A DNA stretch of 64,000 bases from Escherichia coli (GCF_051903065.1 NZ_CP178438.1), one strand, 5' to 3'; counted from the first letter of the stretch, positions 9,886 to 22,530 are shown. Made by a program: numbers and translations. The notes: generated by a model from the letters alone, not told the origin.

Positions 9886-10938
9886 GTGAACATATATATC
9901 GGGTGGCTTTTCAAATTAATCCCTTTAATTATGGGCTTGATTTGTATCGCGTTAGGTGGCTTTGTGCTGGAAAGTTCAGGGCAAAGCGAGTATTTCGTCG
10001 CGGGTCATGTGCTGATTTCTCTGGCAGCCATATGCCTGGCATTATTCACTACCGCATTTATTATCATTTCGCAGCTCACGCGCGGCGTTAATACGTTTTA
10101 CAATACATTGTTCCCCATTATTGGCTATGCGGGGTCAATTATCACCATGATATGGGGTTGGACACTGTTAGCAGGTAATGATGTGATGGCAGACGAGTTT
10201 GTCGCCGGCCATGTTATTTTCGGCGTTGGTATGATTGCCGCCTGTGTATCGACAGTGGCAGCGTCATCCGGTCACTTTCTGCTCATTCCTAAAAACGCAG
10301 CGGGGAGCAAGAGCGACGGAACACCGGTACAGGCTTATTCTTCATTAATCGGTAATTGCCTCATTGCCGTTCCCGTGTTACTCACCCTGCTCGGTTTCAT
10401 TTGGTCTATTACGCTGTTACGTAGTGCCGACATAACTCCGCATTATGTCGCCGGTCACGTATTGCTCGGGTTAACCGCAATCTGTGCCTGTCTAATTGGC
10501 CTTGTTGCCACAATCGTCCATCAAACACGTAATACGTTTTCAACGAAAGAGCACTGGCTGTGGTGTTATTGGGTTATTTTTCTCGGCTCAATCACGGTGC
10601 TGCAGGGCATATACGTCTTAGTCAGCTCCGATGCAAGCGCCCGACTGGCTCCCGGCATTATTCTCATTTGCCTCGGAATGATCTGTTACAGCATATTCTC
10701 AAAAGTCTGGCTACTGGCACTGGTCTGGAGACGTACCTGTTCGTTAGCCAACAGAATACCGATGATTCCCGTCTTCACCTGCCTGTTTTGCCTTTTCCTG
10801 GCATCGTTTCTTGCGGAAATGGCGCAGACCGATATGGGATATTTTATTCCTTCGCGGGTTCTGGTCGGTTTGGGAGCGGTATGCTTTACGTTGTTCTCAA
10901 TCGTTTCAATATTAGAAGCGGGTTCTGCTAAAAAATAA
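9886..10938 (+). CDS. yhiM: Inner membrane protein YhiM (DUF2776) with three internal (F/Y)VAGHV repeats
   Basis: Polytopic membrane ORF; GTG start at 9886 preceded by GAGGAG Shine-Dalgarno; the longer ATG-initiated ORF from 9787 lacks an RBS. Confidence 0.7.
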   Translation: MNIYIGWLFKLIPLIMGLICIALGGFVLESSGQSEYFVAGHVLISLAAICLALFTTAFIIISQLTRGVNTFYNTLFPIIGYAGSIITMIWGWTLLAGNDVMADEFVAGHVIFGVGMIAACVSTVAASSGHFLLIPKNAAGSKSDGTPVQAYSSLIGNCLIAVPVLLTLLGFIWSITLLRSADITPHYVAGHVLLGLTAICACLIGLVATIVHQTRNTFSTKEHWLWCYWVIFLGSITVLQGIYVLVSSDASARLAPGIILICLGMICYSIFSKVWLLALVWRRTCSLANRIPMIPVFTCLFCLFLASFLAEMAQTDMGYFIPSRVLVGLGAVCFTLFSIVSILEAGSAKK

Positions 10939-10952
10939 TTGCAACGTACCGG

Positions 10953-10995
10953 ATAAAACCAGCGTTGACCATTTGCGTAACGCTGGTTTTTCTTA
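10953..10995. terminator. Hairpin between convergent yhiM and yhiN
   Basis: ccagcgtt...aacgctgg stem followed by ttttt. Confidence 0.4.
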
Positions 10996-11252
10996 GGTAT
11001 CATGAAATAACGCAGCATTAATGCATAGTGGTTAAGTATAAAAAACAGCAAAGTTACTGTTTTTTTTCAACCTGTTCATATTTTATAAAGATCAGCCCAC
11101 TGGGTGAGTTTTCAATCACCTTTCCCTCCACCTTATATTAAGCATGGGGGGTTCAGTTCACGGGCTCATTAGAAAATAATCACAAGATAGCCACTATCAA
11201 AATTAGCTCATTTTTAATGCGACTCTAATAATTTTCATCTTTAGGAAAAAGC

Positions 11253-12455
11253 TCAGGACGACTTCGCTGCAATCAAATCCTGCGCACAAGCCCATGCACT
11301 CGACCACGCCCACTGGAAGTTATAGCCCCCCAGCCAGCCGGTGACGTCCATCACTTCGCCGATGAAGTACAGCCCAGGCACTTTGCGCGCTTCCATCGTC
11401 CGTGAAGAGAGTTCGTTGGTGTCCACGCCGCCGAGCGTCACTTCGGCAGTGCGATAGCCTTCAGTGCCGTTGGGTTGTACGCGCCAGTCGGTCAATGTGC
11501 TAATCAGTGCCTGTTGGTCACGCACGTTGAGCTGTTTTAGCGAAACATCCGGGATTTGCCCGAGTTGCTGTAAGCGTTCAACCAACCGCTTCGGTAGATG
11601 AACCGCCAGTGTGTTTTTCAGGCTCTGATTCGGATGTGCGTTACGCTGCTCATTCAGGAAGGTTTCGAGATCCACATCCGGTAGCAGATTGATGCTGACA
11701 AATTCCCCCGGTTGCCAGTAGCTGGAAATCTGCAACACCGCCGGTCCAGATAAGCCGCGGTGGGTGAAGAGTAAGTTCTCACGGAAAACGGTGCCGTTTT
11801 CAGCGGTAATCACGGAAGGCACCGCCACGCCTGCCAGCACCTGTAACTCTTCGAGCAACGGTTTATGCAGAGTGAATGGCACCAGACCCGCGCGGGTCGG
11901 CAGCACGTTGAGGCCAAATTGTTCGGCAATCTTATAACCAAACGGCGATGCGCCCAGCCCCGGCATTGACAGCCCACCGGTCGCGATGACCAGCTTTTCG
12001 CAACCGACAGTCATGCCGTTCAGTTCAAGCGTGAAGCCTGTATCATCCTTCTCCACGCTCAGCACTTCGCTACGCAATCTGAAGGTCACATTGCCCTTCT
12101 CGCACTCATCCACCAGCATGTCGACAATCTGCTGAGCGGAGTCATCGCAGAAGAGTTGCCCTAACGTTTTCTCGTGCCAGGCGATGCCGTGTTTATTGAC
12201 CAGATCAATGAAATCCCACTGGGTAAAACGCGCGAGTGCAGACTTACAAAAATGCGGATTCTGGCTCAGATAAGCGCCCGGTTCGACATAAAGGTTGGTA
12301 AAGTTGCAGCGCCCACCGCCAGACATAAGGATTTTGCGCCCTGGTTTTTTACCATTATCGATCAGCAGAACCCGGCGTCCTGCCTGACCTGCCAGCGCAG
12401 AACAGAACATACCCGCCGCACCAGCGCCTATAATAATGGCATCAAACCTTTCCAC
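11253..12455 (-). CDS. yhiN: FAD-dependent oxidoreductase YhiN (HI0933 family)
   Basis: 400-aa ORF with N-terminal dinucleotide-binding motif IIGAGAAG. Confidence 0.85.
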   Translation of the reverse strand: MERFDAIIIGAGAAGMFCSALAGQAGRRVLLIDNGKKPGRKILMSGGGRCNFTNLYVEPGAYLSQNPHFCKSALARFTQWDFIDLVNKHGIAWHEKTLGQLFCDDSAQQIVDMLVDECEKGNVTFRLRSEVLSVEKDDTGFTLELNGMTVGCEKLVIATGGLSMPGLGASPFGYKIAEQFGLNVLPTRAGLVPFTLHKPLLEELQVLAGVAVPSVITAENGTVFRENLLFTHRGLSGPAVLQISSYWQPGEFVSINLLPDVDLETFLNEQRNAHPNQSLKNTLAVHLPKRLVERLQQLGQIPDVSLKQLNVRDQQALISTLTDWRVQPNGTEGYRTAEVTLGGVDTNELSSRTMEARKVPGLYFIGEVMDVTGWLGGYNFQWAWSSAWACAQDLIAAKSS

Positions 12456-12686
12456 GTTGCGCTCCTCTTAGAAAAAACGGGCGTGAATTGTAAAGATTCC
12501 TCAGTGGTCGCACCAGCATCAATATTACTAAAAGGAAGTATTTGCCTGAATTATATAAGATAATTATTTTTTGAGTGAAATCCATACAGGAGGCAAATCA
12601 AAAAAAGTCTATATTTCACTTTGCCCGCGCCGCGAAAGTCACTGATAATGCGCCGCGTTCATGTCCTCAAAATGGCGTAACGTCCT

Positions 12687-14186
12687 ATGCTACATTTGTT
12701 TGCTGGCCTGGATTTGCATACCGGGCTGTTATTATTGCTTGCACTGGCTTTTGTGCTGTTCTACGAAGCCATCAATGGTTTCCATGACACAGCCAACGCC
12801 GTGGCAACCGTTATCTATACCCGCGCGATGCGTTCTCAGCTCGCCGTGGTTATGGCAGCGGTGTTCAACTTTTTGGGTGTTTTGCTGGGTGGTCTGAGTG
12901 TTGCCTATGCCATTGTGCATATGCTGCCGACGGATCTGCTGCTTAATATGGGATCGTCTCATGGCCTTGCCATGGTGTTCTCTATGTTGCTGGCGGCGAT
13001 TATCTGGAACCTGGGTACCTGGTACTTTGGTTTACCTGCATCCAGCTCTCATACGCTGATTGGCGCGATCATCGGGATTGGTTTAACCAATGCGTTGATG
13101 ACCGGGACGTCAGTGGTGGATGCACTCAATATCCCGAAAGTATTAAGTATTTTCGGTTCTCTGATCGTTTCCCCTATTGTCGGCCTGGTGTTTGCTGGCG
13201 GTCTGATTTTCTTGCTGCGTCGCTACTGGAGCGGCACCAAGAAACGCGCCCGTATCCACCTGACCCCAGCGGAGCGTGAAAAGAAAGACGGCAAGAAAAA
13301 GCCGCCGTTCTGGACGCGTATTGCGCTGATCCTTTCCGCTATCGGCGTGGCGTTTTCGCACGGCGCGAACGATGGTCAGAAAGGCATTGGTCTGGTTATG
13401 TTGGTATTGATTGGCGTCACACCAGCAGGCTTCGTGGTGAACATGAATGCCACTGGCTACGAAATCACCCGTACCCGTGATGCCATCAACAACGTCGAAG
13501 CTTACTTTGAGCAGCATCCTGCGCTGCTGAAACAAGCTACTGGTGCTGATCAGTTAGTACCGGCTCCGGAAGCTGGCGCAACGCAACCTGCGGAGTTCCA
13601 TTGCCATCCGTCGAATACCATTAACGCGCTCAACCGCCTGAAAGGCATGTTGACTACCGATGTGGAAAGCTACGACAAGCTGTCGCTTGATCAACGTAGC
13701 CAGATGCGCCGCATTATGCTGTGCGTTTCTGACACTATCGACAAAGTGGTGAAGATGCCTGGCGTGAGTGCTGACGATCAGCGCCTGTTGAAGAAACTGA
13801 AGTCCGACATGCTTAGCACCATCGAGTATGCACCGGTGTGGATCATCATGGCGGTCGCGCTGGCGTTAGGTATCGGTACGATGATTGGCTGGCGTCGTGT
13901 GGCAACGACTATCGGTGAGAAAATCGGTAAGAAAGGCATGACCTACGCTCAGGGGATGTCTGCCCAGATGACTGCGGCAGTGTCTATCGGCCTGGCGAGT
14001 TATACCGGGATGCCGGTTTCCACTACTCACGTACTCTCCTCTTCTGTCGCGGGGACGATGGTGGTAGATGGTGGCGGCTTACAGCGTAAAACCGTGACCA
14101 GCATTCTGATGGCCTGGGTGTTTACCCTTCCGGCTGCGGTACTGCTTTCCGGCGGGCTGTACTGGCTCTCCTTGCAGTTCCTGTAA
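12687..14186 (+). CDS. pitA: Low-affinity inorganic phosphate transporter PitA
   Basis: 499-aa polytopic membrane ORF matching PitA. Confidence 0.9.
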   Translation: MLHLFAGLDLHTGLLLLLALAFVLFYEAINGFHDTANAVATVIYTRAMRSQLAVVMAAVFNFLGVLLGGLSVAYAIVHMLPTDLLLNMGSSHGLAMVFSMLLAAIIWNLGTWYFGLPASSSHTLIGAIIGIGLTNALMTGTSVVDALNIPKVLSIFGSLIVSPIVGLVFAGGLIFLLRRYWSGTKKRARIHLTPAEREKKDGKKKPPFWTRIALILSAIGVAFSHGANDGQKGIGLVMLVLIGVTPAGFVVNMNATGYEITRTRDAINNVEAYFEQHPALLKQATGADQLVPAPEAGATQPAEFHCHPSNTINALNRLKGMLTTDVESYDKLSLDQRSQMRRIMLCVSDTIDKVVKMPGVSADDQRLLKKLKSDMLSTIEYAPVWIIMAVALALGIGTMIGWRRVATTIGEKIGKKGMTYAQGMSAQMTAAVSIGLASYTGMPVSTTHVLSSSVAGTMVVDGGGLQRKTVTSILMAWVFTLPAAVLLSGGLYWLSLQFL

Positions 14187-14196
14187 TCGTACGCAC

Positions 14197-14235
14197 CAAA
14201 ATGAGCGGGTCAGTTTACTGGCCCGCTTTTTTTAT
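14197..14235 (+). terminator. Intrinsic terminator after pitA
   Basis: agcgggtcag...ctggcccgc hairpin followed by ttttttt. Confidence 0.6.
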
Positions 14236-14256
14236 GCGTTATTATTGCTGAAGTGC

Positions 14257-14592
14257 TTAATGCCAAATCATCAATGCAATCAGGCTGACCACCACCAGAC
14301 CACACAATGCGCTGGTCAGAATAAACTGCCGACGCACCCGCTCACAGCGGCGAATAAACTCATCATCGTGATGATCGCGATAACGTTGGGCATAGATATA
14401 CCAAACGAGACGCACCTGTTTGTTGGGTTGGCCATGTGAGGTAAAAAAGCCCCCTCCATCAACATATTGATAGAGCAATGGATCGCAGTTACGCAGTACC
14501 ACTAACAACGCGCGTAGTGATGAGAAATAGCGCGCCATGTTAACAATGCAAACGACACATAAAGCCCAAAATAATGCGACGGTGCTTATCAT
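14257..14592 (-). CDS. uspB: Universal stress protein B
   Basis: 111-aa two-TM ORF divergent from uspA. Confidence 0.85.
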
Positions 14593-14982
14593 ACCTCCTC
14601 CCCGGCGACCTGCCCGCGGAGTTCCACCCCGGGGCTACCGCTCCCGATACGCTGCCAATCAGTTAACACCAGGTCCTGGAGAAACCGCTTTTGTGGTGAC
14701 CAACATCCGAGCGGCTCTATAGATAGTGTAGGAGATCAGGTTGTTTTTTTTCCAGAAGGTTAACCACTATCAATATATTCATGTCGAAAATTTGTTTATC
14801 TAACGGGTAAGCAAGGCGGATTGACGGATCATCCGGGTCGCTATAAGGTAAGGATGGTCTTAACACTGAATCTTTACGGCTGGGTTAGCCCCGCGCACGT
14901 AGTTCGCAGGACGCGGGTGACGTAACGGCACAAGAAACGCTAGCTGGCCAGTCATCGACAACTTTATGGAAGGAGTAACACT

Positions 14983-15417
14983 ATGGCTTATAAACACATT
15001 CTCATCGCGGTCGATCTCTCCCCGGAAAGCAAAGTTCTGGTAGAGAAAGCAGTCTCTATGGCTCGCCCATACAATGCGAAAGTTTCTCTGATCCACGTAG
15101 ATGTAAACTACTCTGACCTATATACCGGGCTTATTGATGTGAATCTTGGTGATATGCAGAAACGCATCTCTGAAGAGACACATCATGCGCTGACCGAGCT
15201 TTCCACTAATGCAGGCTACCCAATCACTGAAACCCTGAGCGGCAGCGGCGACCTGGGCCAGGTTCTGGTCGATGCAATCAAGAAATACGATATGGATCTG
15301 GTGGTTTGTGGTCACCACCAGGACTTCTGGAGCAAACTGATGTCTTCCGCACGTCAGCTGATCAACACCGTTCACGTTGATATGCTGATTGTTCCGCTGC
15401 GCGACGAAGAAGAATAA
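14983..15417 (+). CDS. uspA: Universal stress protein A
   Basis: 144-aa [27 protein letters not shown]... Confidence 0.9.
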
Positions 15418-15442
15418 TCTTCCCTCCACGACGTGTTCCTGA

Positions 15443-15475
15443 ACGCCCGCATATGCGGGCGTTTTGCTTTTTGGC
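15443..15475 (+). terminator. Intrinsic terminator after uspA
   Basis: aacgcccgcatatgcgggcgtt hairpin followed by ttgcttttt. Confidence 0.6.
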
Positions 15476-15494
15476 GCGCCTTGTTACCTGATTA

Positions 15495-15530
15495 GCGTAA
15501 ACGCCTTATCTGGCCTACGGTCTGCGTTCG
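15495..15530. repeat. REP-like palindromic element
   Basis: gccttatctggcctacgg motif typical of E. coli REP sequences. Confidence 0.35.
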
Positions 15531-15733
15531 CAATCAAAATCCCCAGCCAATACAATATTTAACACCATCATATTTTCCATCATTAGTGTGATCAGCTGGT
15601 TATTTTCTGTTGTAATAGTGTATTAATCTATTCACCGCATCAATATTAAGAATCTCTGACAGATGTAAACTTTTTCGCGCGTTATCCCTTACGCGTTCAT
15701 ACTTTTCAGGATGGTATTGGAAGGTTAATAAAT

Positions 15734-17203
15734 ATGAATACAACAACACCCATGGGGATGCTGCAGCAACCTCGCCCATTTTTCATGATCTTTTTTGTCG
15801 AGTTATGGGAGCGATTCGGCTACTACGGCGTGCAGGGCGTACTGGCGGTTTTCTTCGTTAAACAGCTTGGATTCTCGCAAGAGCAGGCTTTTGTCACTTT
15901 TGGTGCTTTTGCTGCGCTGGTCTATGGCCTCATTTCCATTGGCGGCTATGTCGGCGACCACCTGCTGGGGACCAAACGCACCATCGTTCTTGGAGCACTT
16001 GTGCTGGCGATTGGCTACTTCATGACCGGCATGTCGCTACTTAAGCCTGACCTGATTTTCATCGCCCTGGGGACTATCGCTGTCGGTAACGGCCTGTTTA
16101 AAGCTAACCCAGCCAGCTTGCTTTCGAAGTGCTATCCACCGAAAGATCCGCGCCTTGATGGCGCATTCACCCTGTTCTATATGTCGATCAATATCGGCTC
16201 GTTGATAGCGTTATCGCTGGCCCCTGTGATCGCTGATAGATTCGGTTATTCTGTCACCTACAACCTGTGCGGGGCGGGGTTAATTATCGCATTACTGGTT
16301 TACATCGCCTGTCGTGGAATGGTGAAAGACATTGGTTCTGAACCCGACTTCCGGCCAATGAGCTTCAGCAAACTGTTGTACGTGTTACTTGGCAGCGTGG
16401 TGATGATCTTCGTCTGTGCATGGCTGATGCACAACGTAGAAGTCGCCAATCTGGTGCTGATTGTTCTCTCCATCGTCGTCACCATCATCTTCTTTCGTCA
16501 GGCATTCAAGCTGGATAAAACCGGGCGCAATAAAATGTTTGTTGCCTTTGTCCTGATGCTCGAAGCGGTGGTGTTTTACATTCTCTACGCCCAGATGCCA
16601 ACGTCGCTGAACTTCTTTGCCATCAACAACGTGCATCATGAAATTCTCGGCTTTTCCATCAACCCGGTCAGCTTCCAGGCGCTTAACCCGTTCTGGGTGG
16701 TACTCGCCAGCCCAATACTGGCAGGTATCTACACGCATTTGGGTAACAAAGGCAAAGACCTCTCGATGCCGATGAAATTTACTCTCGGCATGTTTATGTG
16801 CTCGCTGGGCTTTTTGACGGCTGCAGCTGCGGGAATGTGGTTTGCGGATGCACAAGGACTGACATCGCCGTGGTTTATCGTGCTGGTTTACTTGTTCCAG
16901 AGCCTGGGTGAACTGTTTATTAGCGCCCTTGGCCTGGCGATGATTGCTGCCCTGGTGCCGCAGCATTTGATGGGCTTTATTCTCGGGATGTGGTTCCTGA
17001 CGCAGGCTGCCGCGTTCTTGCTGGGCGGCTATGTGGCAACATTTACCGCAGTACCAGACAACATTACCGATCCGCTTGAGACGTTGCCTGTCTATACCAA
17101 CGTGTTTGGTAAGATTGGTCTGGTCACACTGGGCGTTGCAGTAGTGATGCTGTTGATGGTGCCGTGGCTGAAACGCATGATTGCGACGCCGGAAAGCCAT
17201 TAA
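15734..17203 (+). CDS. dtpB: Dipeptide/tripeptide:H+ symporter DtpB (POT family)
   Basis: 489-aa ORF with POT signature region (ERFGYYG). Confidence 0.9.
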
Positions 17204-17215
17204 TTATTCTTGCAG

Positions 17216-17248
17216 AAAGCAGGGTAGCGTTATCGCTACCCTGCTTTA
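17216..17248. terminator. Bidirectional hairpin between dtpB and rsmJ
   Basis: agcagggtagcg ttat cgctaccctgct perfect inverted repeat followed by tttacttttat. Confidence 0.55.
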
Positions 17249-17251
17249 CTT

Positions 17252-18004
17252 TTATACTGGCGTTCCGGCATAAATATCAAACCTATGCCCTTTAGTGACT
17301 ACCGCGTTTGGCGTGGCGACATTCGCCAGCGGTGGCGCGTAGTCCGGGCGCTTTACCACCACGCGTTTGGTCGCCAGCAAGCGTGCAGGCTCCAGTAATC
17401 CATCGGCATCAAGATCCGGTCCCACCAGCGACTGAAAGACGCGCATCTCTTTTTTCACCAGCGCGCTTTTCTGCTTATGCGGGAACATCGGGTCGAGATA
17501 GACCACCTGCGGGCGCGGGGTAATATCGGTCAGCGCCGTCAGGCTGGAGGCGTGAATTAACTGCAAACGCTCCTGCAACCAGCCGCCGATTTCCGCATCC
17601 GCATATCCACGCGCCAGGCCGTCGTCGAGTAGCGCGGCAACGACTGGATTACGCTCCAGCATCCGCACGCGGCAGCCGACCGAAGCCAGCACAAAGGCAT
17701 CGCGCCCCAGCCCTGCGGTAGCGTCCACCACATCCGGCAAATAATCGCCTTTAATGCCCACCGCTTTCGCCACCGCCTCACCACGACCACCGCCGAATTT
17801 GCGACGATGCGCCATCGCTCCGCCAACAAAATCAACAAAGATGCCGCCAAGTTTTGGCTCATCACGCTTGCGCAATTCCAGATGTTCCGGCGTTAATACC
17901 AGCGCCATCAGGTTGTCTTCATCATGTTCCAGCCCCCAGCGAGCCGCCAGAACAGATAAGGCACCGTCTCCGGTGCCTGTTTCATCAATTAAGCAGATTT
18001 TCAC
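17252..18004 (-). CDS. rsmJ: 16S rRNA m2G1516 methyltransferase RsmJ
   Basis: Translation matches RsmJ from GTG at 18004 ([16 protein letters not shown]...); the longer ATG ORF would overlap prlC. Confidence 0.8.
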   Translation of the reverse strand: MKICLIDETGTGDGALSVLAARWGLEHDEDNLMALVLTPEHLELRKRDEPKLGGIFVDFVGGAMAHRRKFGGGRGEAVAKAVGIKGDYLPDVVDATAGLGRDAFVLASVGCRVRMLERNPVVAALLDDGLARGYADAEIGGWLQERLQLIHASSLTALTDITPRPQVVYLDPMFPHKQKSALVKKEMRVFQSLVGPDLDADGLLEPARLLATKRVVVKRPDYAPPLANVATPNAVVTKGHRFDIYAGTPV

Positions 18005-18011
18005 TGAATGA

Positions 18012-20054
18012 TCAGCCCTTAATGCCGTAATGCTCCAGCATCGCATCCAGCTGCGGTTCACGCCCACGGAAGCGTTTGAACAGATCCATCGGCTCTTCTG
18101 AACCGCCACGGCTCAGAATGTTGTCGAGGAACGACTGTCCGGTTTCACGGTTGAAAATGCCCTCTTCCTCAAAGCGCGAGAAGGCATCTGCCGCCAGCAC
18201 GTCGGCCCACAGGTAGCTGTAGTAACCTGCGGCATAACCACCGGCGAAAATATGGCTGAAAGCGTGCGGGAAACGGCCCCAGGATGGAGACGGTACTACG
18301 GCAACCAGTTTCTTGATTTCTGCCAGAGTTTCGAGGATTTTCGCTCCCTGATCCGGGCGGAACTCGGCATGGAGGCGGAAATCGAACAGGCCGAACTCCA
18401 GCTGGCGCAGAATAAACAGCGCCGCCTGGTAGTTCTTCGCCGCCAGCATTTTATCCAGCAACTCTTTCGGCAGCGGTTCGCCGGTTTCGTAGTGACCGGA
18501 GATAAACGCCAGCGCCTCAGGCTCCCAGCACCAGTTTTCCATAAACTGACTCGGCAGTTCGACCGCATCCCACGGCACCCCGCTGATACCAGATACACCG
18601 GCAGTTTCGATGCGGGTCAGCATATGGTGCAGACCATGACCGAACTCGTGGAACAGGGTGATCACTTCGTCATGGGTAAACAGCGCCGGTTTACCATTCA
18701 CCGGGCGGTTGAAGTTACAGGTCAGATACGCGACCGGTTTTTGCAGCGAACCGTCGGCTTTACGCATCTGGCCTACGCAGTCATCCATCCACGCCCCGCC
18801 GCGCTTGTTTTCACGGGCATACAGGTCGAGGTAGAAGCTACCGCGCAGTTCGTTGTTCTCGTCATACAGTTCGAAGAAACGTACATCCGGATGCCAGACA
18901 TCAACATCTTTACGCTCTTTAGCGGTGATGCCGTAAATACGTTTCACCACTTCAAACAGGCCGTTAACCGCTTTGTTTTCCGGGAAGTACGGACGCAGCT
19001 GTTCGTCACTGATGCTGTAAAGGTGCTGTTTTTGTTTTTCGCTGTAGTATGCGATATCCCACGGCTGCAACTCATCGACGCCAAATTCGGCTTTGGCGAA
19101 GGCACGCAGTTGCGCCAGCTCTTTTTCGCCCTGCGGACGCGCGCGTTTTGCCAGATCGGTTAAGAAATCCAGCACCTGCTGCGGGTTTTCTGCCATTTTA
19201 GTAGCAAGGGATTTAAAGGCGTAGTTTTCAAAGCCCAGCAGTTGCGCCAGTTCGTGACGCAGCGCGAGGATCTCTTCCATCACCTTGCTGTTGTCCCACT
19301 TACCGGCGTTCGGACCTTGATCGGAAGCGCGGGTGCTGTAAGCGCGATACATCTCTTCGCGCAGAGCCTGGTTGTCGCAGTAGGTCATTACCGGCAGGTA
19401 GCTTGGGATATCCAGCGTCAGCAGGTAGCCTTCAAGTTCTTTCGCTTCAGCCTGGGCTTTTGCCGCAGCCAGCGCGCTTTCTGGCATCCCCGCCAGTTCC
19501 GCTTCGTCGGTAACGAGTTTGGTCCAGCCCATTGTCGCATCGAGGACGTTGTTGCTGTACTGGTTGCCCAGCTCGGAAAGACGAGTGGCAATCTCACCGT
19601 AGCGTTGTTGTTTCTCTTTTGGCAGACCGATGCCAGAGAGTTCGAAGTCGCGCAGTGCGTTATCAACCGCTTTTTTCTGAGCTGTGTTCAGCGTGGCGTA
19701 ATGATCGCCATCGCGCAGGTCGCGATACGCTTTATACAGCCCCTCATGTTGCCCTACCCAGGTGCTGTATTCCGACAGCAGCGGCAGGGTTTGCTCGTAG
19801 GCTTCACGCAGTTCCGGGCTATTTTTCACCGAGTTCAGGTGGCTGACCGGGGAGAAGATACGCCCCAACACATCGTCCACTTCCGCCAGCGGCTGGCAGA
19901 GATTTTCCCAGGTATACGGTGCCCCTTGCGCTACTACGCGCTCCACATTTTCGCGGCAGTCGTTCAGTGCCTTAGTCACGGCTGGAACGACATGTTCCGG
20001 GAGAATTTTAGAAAACGGAGGCAATTCAAAGGGAGTCAGTAACGGATTCGTCAT
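18012..20054 (-). CDS. prlC: Oligopeptidase A (M3 metallopeptidase)
   Basis: HEFGH zinc-binding motif; start set at [14 protein letters not shown] to give 680 aa. Confidence 0.9.
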   Translation of the reverse strand: MTNPLLTPFELPPFSKILPEHVVPAVTKALNDCRENVERVVAQGAPYTWENLCQPLAEVDDVLGRIFSPVSHLNSVKNSPELREAYEQTLPLLSEYSTWVGQHEGLYKAYRDLRDGDHYATLNTAQKKAVDNALRDFELSGIGLPKEKQQRYGEIATRLSELGNQYSNNVLDATMGWTKLVTDEAELAGMPESALAAAKAQAEAKELEGYLLTLDIPSYLPVMTYCDNQALREEMYRAYSTRASDQGPNAGKWDNSKVMEEILALRHELAQLLGFENYAFKSLATKMAENPQQVLDFLTDLAKRARPQGEKELAQLRAFAKAEFGVDELQPWDIAYYSEKQKQHLYSISDEQLRPYFPENKAVNGLFEVVKRIYGITAKERKDVDVWHPDVRFFELYDENNELRGSFYLDLYARENKRGGAWMDDCVGQMRKADGSLQKPVAYLTCNFNRPVNGKPALFTHDEVITLFHEFGHGLHHMLTRIETAGVSGISGVPWDAVELPSQFMENWCWEPEALAFISGHYETGEPLPKELLDKMLAAKNYQAALFILRQLEFGLFDFRLHAEFRPDQGAKILETLAEIKKLVAVVPSPSWGRFPHAFSHIFAGGYAAGYYSYLWADVLAADAFSRFEEEGIFNRETGQSFLDNILSRGGSEEPMDLFKRFRGREPQLDAMLEHYGIKG

Positions 20055-20256
20055 TAGCGCAGTCCTGGTTAAAGAGGTTAAGGAAGCGCTCAACAGGCGC
20101 TTTACATAATGTTTGTAGCATGGGGTTAAGTGTAGTGAATTTCAATGAGAAACGTTACGCTTTCGCGGCGGCGGCCTCTTTTCGGTATACTGTCCTGATA
20201 GGCTTTTGTGCACCCCGAATACGGGCCGATTTTTACTTACCGGAACACCTTTACCC

Positions 20257-21099
20257 ATGCTCAGTTATCGCCACAGCTTTCACGCTGGCAACCACGCCGA
20301 CGTCCTTAAACATACCGTTCAGAGCCTGATCATCGAGTCGCTGAAAGAGAAAGATAAACCGTTTCTCTATCTCGACACCCACGCAGGCGCCGGGCGTTAT
20401 CAGTTAGGTAGCGAACATGCCGAGCGTACCGGCGAATATCTCGAAGGTATCGCCCGTATCTGGCAGCAGGACGATTTGCCTGCGGAGCTGGAGCCGTACA
20501 TCAATGTGGTAAAACACTTCAACCGTAGCGGTCAGTTGCGTTACTACCCCGGTTCGCCGTTGATTGCTCGCCAGCTACTGCGCGAGCAGGACAGTCTGCA
20601 ACTGACCGAGCTGCACCCGAGCGATTACCCGTTGCTGCGTTCTGAATTTCAGAAAGACAGCCGTGCGCGCGTCGAAAAATCCGACGGTTTCCAGCAGCTT
20701 AAGGCCAAACTGCCGCCGGTTTCCCGCCGTGGTTTAATCCTTATCGACCCGCCGTATGAAATGAAAACCGACTATCAGGCGGTGGTCAGCGGTATTAACG
20801 AGGGGTATAAACGTTTTGCCACGGGCACTTACGCATTGTGGTATCCGGTGGTGCTGCGTCAGCAAATCAAGCGCATGATCCACGACCTGGAAGCGACCGG
20901 TATTCGCAAAATTCTGCAAATTGAACTGGCGGTATTGCCAGACAGCGATCGCCGTGGCATGACCGCTTCCGGCATGATTGTGATTAACCCGCCGTGGAAG
21001 CTGGAACAGCAGATGAATAATGTGCTGCCGTGGCTGCACAGCAAACTGGTTCCGGCAGGTACTGGTCACGCTACCGTAAGCTGGATCGTGCCGGAGTAA
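20257..21099 (+). CDS. rlmJ: 23S rRNA m6A2030 methyltransferase RlmJ
   Basis: Translation from MLSYRHSFHAGNHADVLKH; 280 aa. Confidence 0.85.
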   Translation: MLSYRHSFHAGNHADVLKHTVQSLIIESLKEKDKPFLYLDTHAGAGRYQLGSEHAERTGEYLEGIARIWQQDDLPAELEPYINVVKHFNRSGQLRYYPGSPLIARQLLREQDSLQLTELHPSDYPLLRSEFQKDSRARVEKSDGFQQLKAKLPPVSRRGLILIDPPYEMKTDYQAVVSGINEGYKRFATGTYALWYPVVLRQQIKRMIHDLEATGIRKILQIELAVLPDSDRRGMTASGMIVINPPWKLEQQMNNVLPWLHSKLVPAGTGHATVSWIVPE

Positions 21100-21170
21100 T
21101 TGCAGCCATCGCTGGCACCTATTACGTCTCGCGCTACAATCGCGGTAATCAACGATAAGGACACTCTGTC

Positions 21171-22523
21171 ATGACTAAACACTATGATTACATCGCCATC
21201 GGCGGCGGCAGCGGCGGTATCGCCTCCATTAACCGCGCGGCTATGTACGGTCAGAAATGCGCACTGATTGAAGCCAAAGAGCTGGGCGGCACCTGCGTGA
21301 ACGTCGGCTGCGTACCGAAGAAAGTGATGTGGCACGCGGCGCAAATCCGCGAAGCGATCCATATGTACGGCCCGGATTATGGTTTCGATACCACTATCAA
21401 TAAATTCAACTGGGAAACGTTGATCGCCAGCCGTACCGCCTATATCGACCGTATTCATACCTCCTATGAAAACGTGCTCGGTAAAAATAACGTTGATGTG
21501 ATCAAGGGCTTTGCCCGCTTCGTTGATGCCAAAACGCTGGAAGTTAATGGCGAAACCATCACGGCTGATCATATTCTGATCGCTACTGGTGGCCGCCCGA
21601 GCCATCCAGACATTCCGGGCGTGGAATACGGTATTGATTCTGATGGTTTCTTCGCCCTTCCTGCTTTGCCAGAGCGCGTAGCGGTTGTTGGCGCGGGTTA
21701 CATCGCCGTTGAACTGGCGGGCGTGATTAACGGCCTCGGCGCGAAAACGCATCTGTTTGTGCGTAAACATGCGCCGCTGCGCAGCTTCGACCCGATGATC
21801 TCTGAAACGCTGGTTGAAGTGATGAACGCCGAAGGCCCGCAGTTGCACACCAACGCCATCCCGAAAGCGGTAGTGAAAAATGCCGATGGTAGCCTGACGC
21901 TGGAGCTGGAAGATGGTCGCAGTGAAACGGTGGATTGCCTGATTTGGGCGATTGGTCGCGAGCCTGCCAATGACAACATCAACCTCGAAGCCGCTGGCGT
22001 TAAAACCAACGAAAAAGGCTATATCGTCGTCGATAAATATCAAAACACCAACATTGAAGGTATTTACGCGGTGGGCGATAACACGGGTGCAGTAGAACTG
22101 ACACCGGTGGCAGTTGCAGCTGGTCGCCGCCTCTCTGAACGCCTGTTTAATAACAAGCCGGATGAGCATCTGGATTACAGCAACATTCCGACCGTGGTCT
22201 TCAGCCATCCGCCGATTGGTACTGTTGGTTTAACGGAACCGCTGGCGCGCGAGCAGTACGGCGACGATCAGGTGAAAGTGTATAAATCCTCTTTCACCGC
22301 GATGTATACCGCCGTCACCACTCACCGCCAGCCGTGCCGCATGAAGCTGGTGTGCGTTGGGCCAGAAGAGAAGATTGTCGGTATTCACGGCATTGGTTTT
22401 GGTATGGACGAAATGTTGCAGGGCTTCGCGGTGGCGCTGAAGATGGGGGCAACCAAAAAAGACTTCGACAATACCGTCGCCATTCACCCAACGGCGGCAG
22501 AAGAGTTCGTGACCATGCGTTAA
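21171..22523 (+). CDS. gor: Glutathione reductase
   Basis: 450-aa ORF with GGGSGG FAD-binding motif and redox-active CVNVGC disulfide motif. Confidence 0.95.
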   Translation: MTKHYDYIAIGGGSGGIASINRAAMYGQKCALIEAKELGGTCVNVGCVPKKVMWHAAQIREAIHMYGPDYGFDTTINKFNWETLIASRTAYIDRIHTSYENVLGKNNVDVIKGFARFVDAKTLEVNGETITADHILIATGGRPSHPDIPGVEYGIDSDGFFALPALPERVAVVGAGYIAVELAGVINGLGAKTHLFVRKHAPLRSFDPMISETLVEVMNAEGPQLHTNAIPKAVVKNADGSLTLELEDGRSETVDCLIWAIGREPANDNINLEAAGVKTNEKGYIVVDKYQNTNIEGIYAVGDNTGAVELTPVAVAAGRRLSERLFNNKPDEHLDYSNIPTVVFSHPPIGTVGLTEPLAREQYGDDQVKVYKSSFTAMYTAVTTHRQPCRMKLVCVGPEEKIVGIHGIGFGMDEMLQGFAVALKMGATKKDFDNTVAIHPTAAEEFVTMR

Positions 22524-22530
22524 ATGTTAA

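Noticed and set aside
16385-17200. 271-aa His/Arg-rich minus-strand ORF
   Set aside because: Antisense to dtpB; compositionally biased, no start context.
18252-20042. 303-aa and 266-aa plus-strand ORFs
   Set aside because: Antisense to prlC, which carries the HEFGH metallopeptidase motif.
21066-22208. 380-aa ORF on the minus strand
   Set aside because: Lies entirely antisense to gor, which has clear FAD-binding and disulfide motifs; no RBS or recognisable protein features; shadow ORF.
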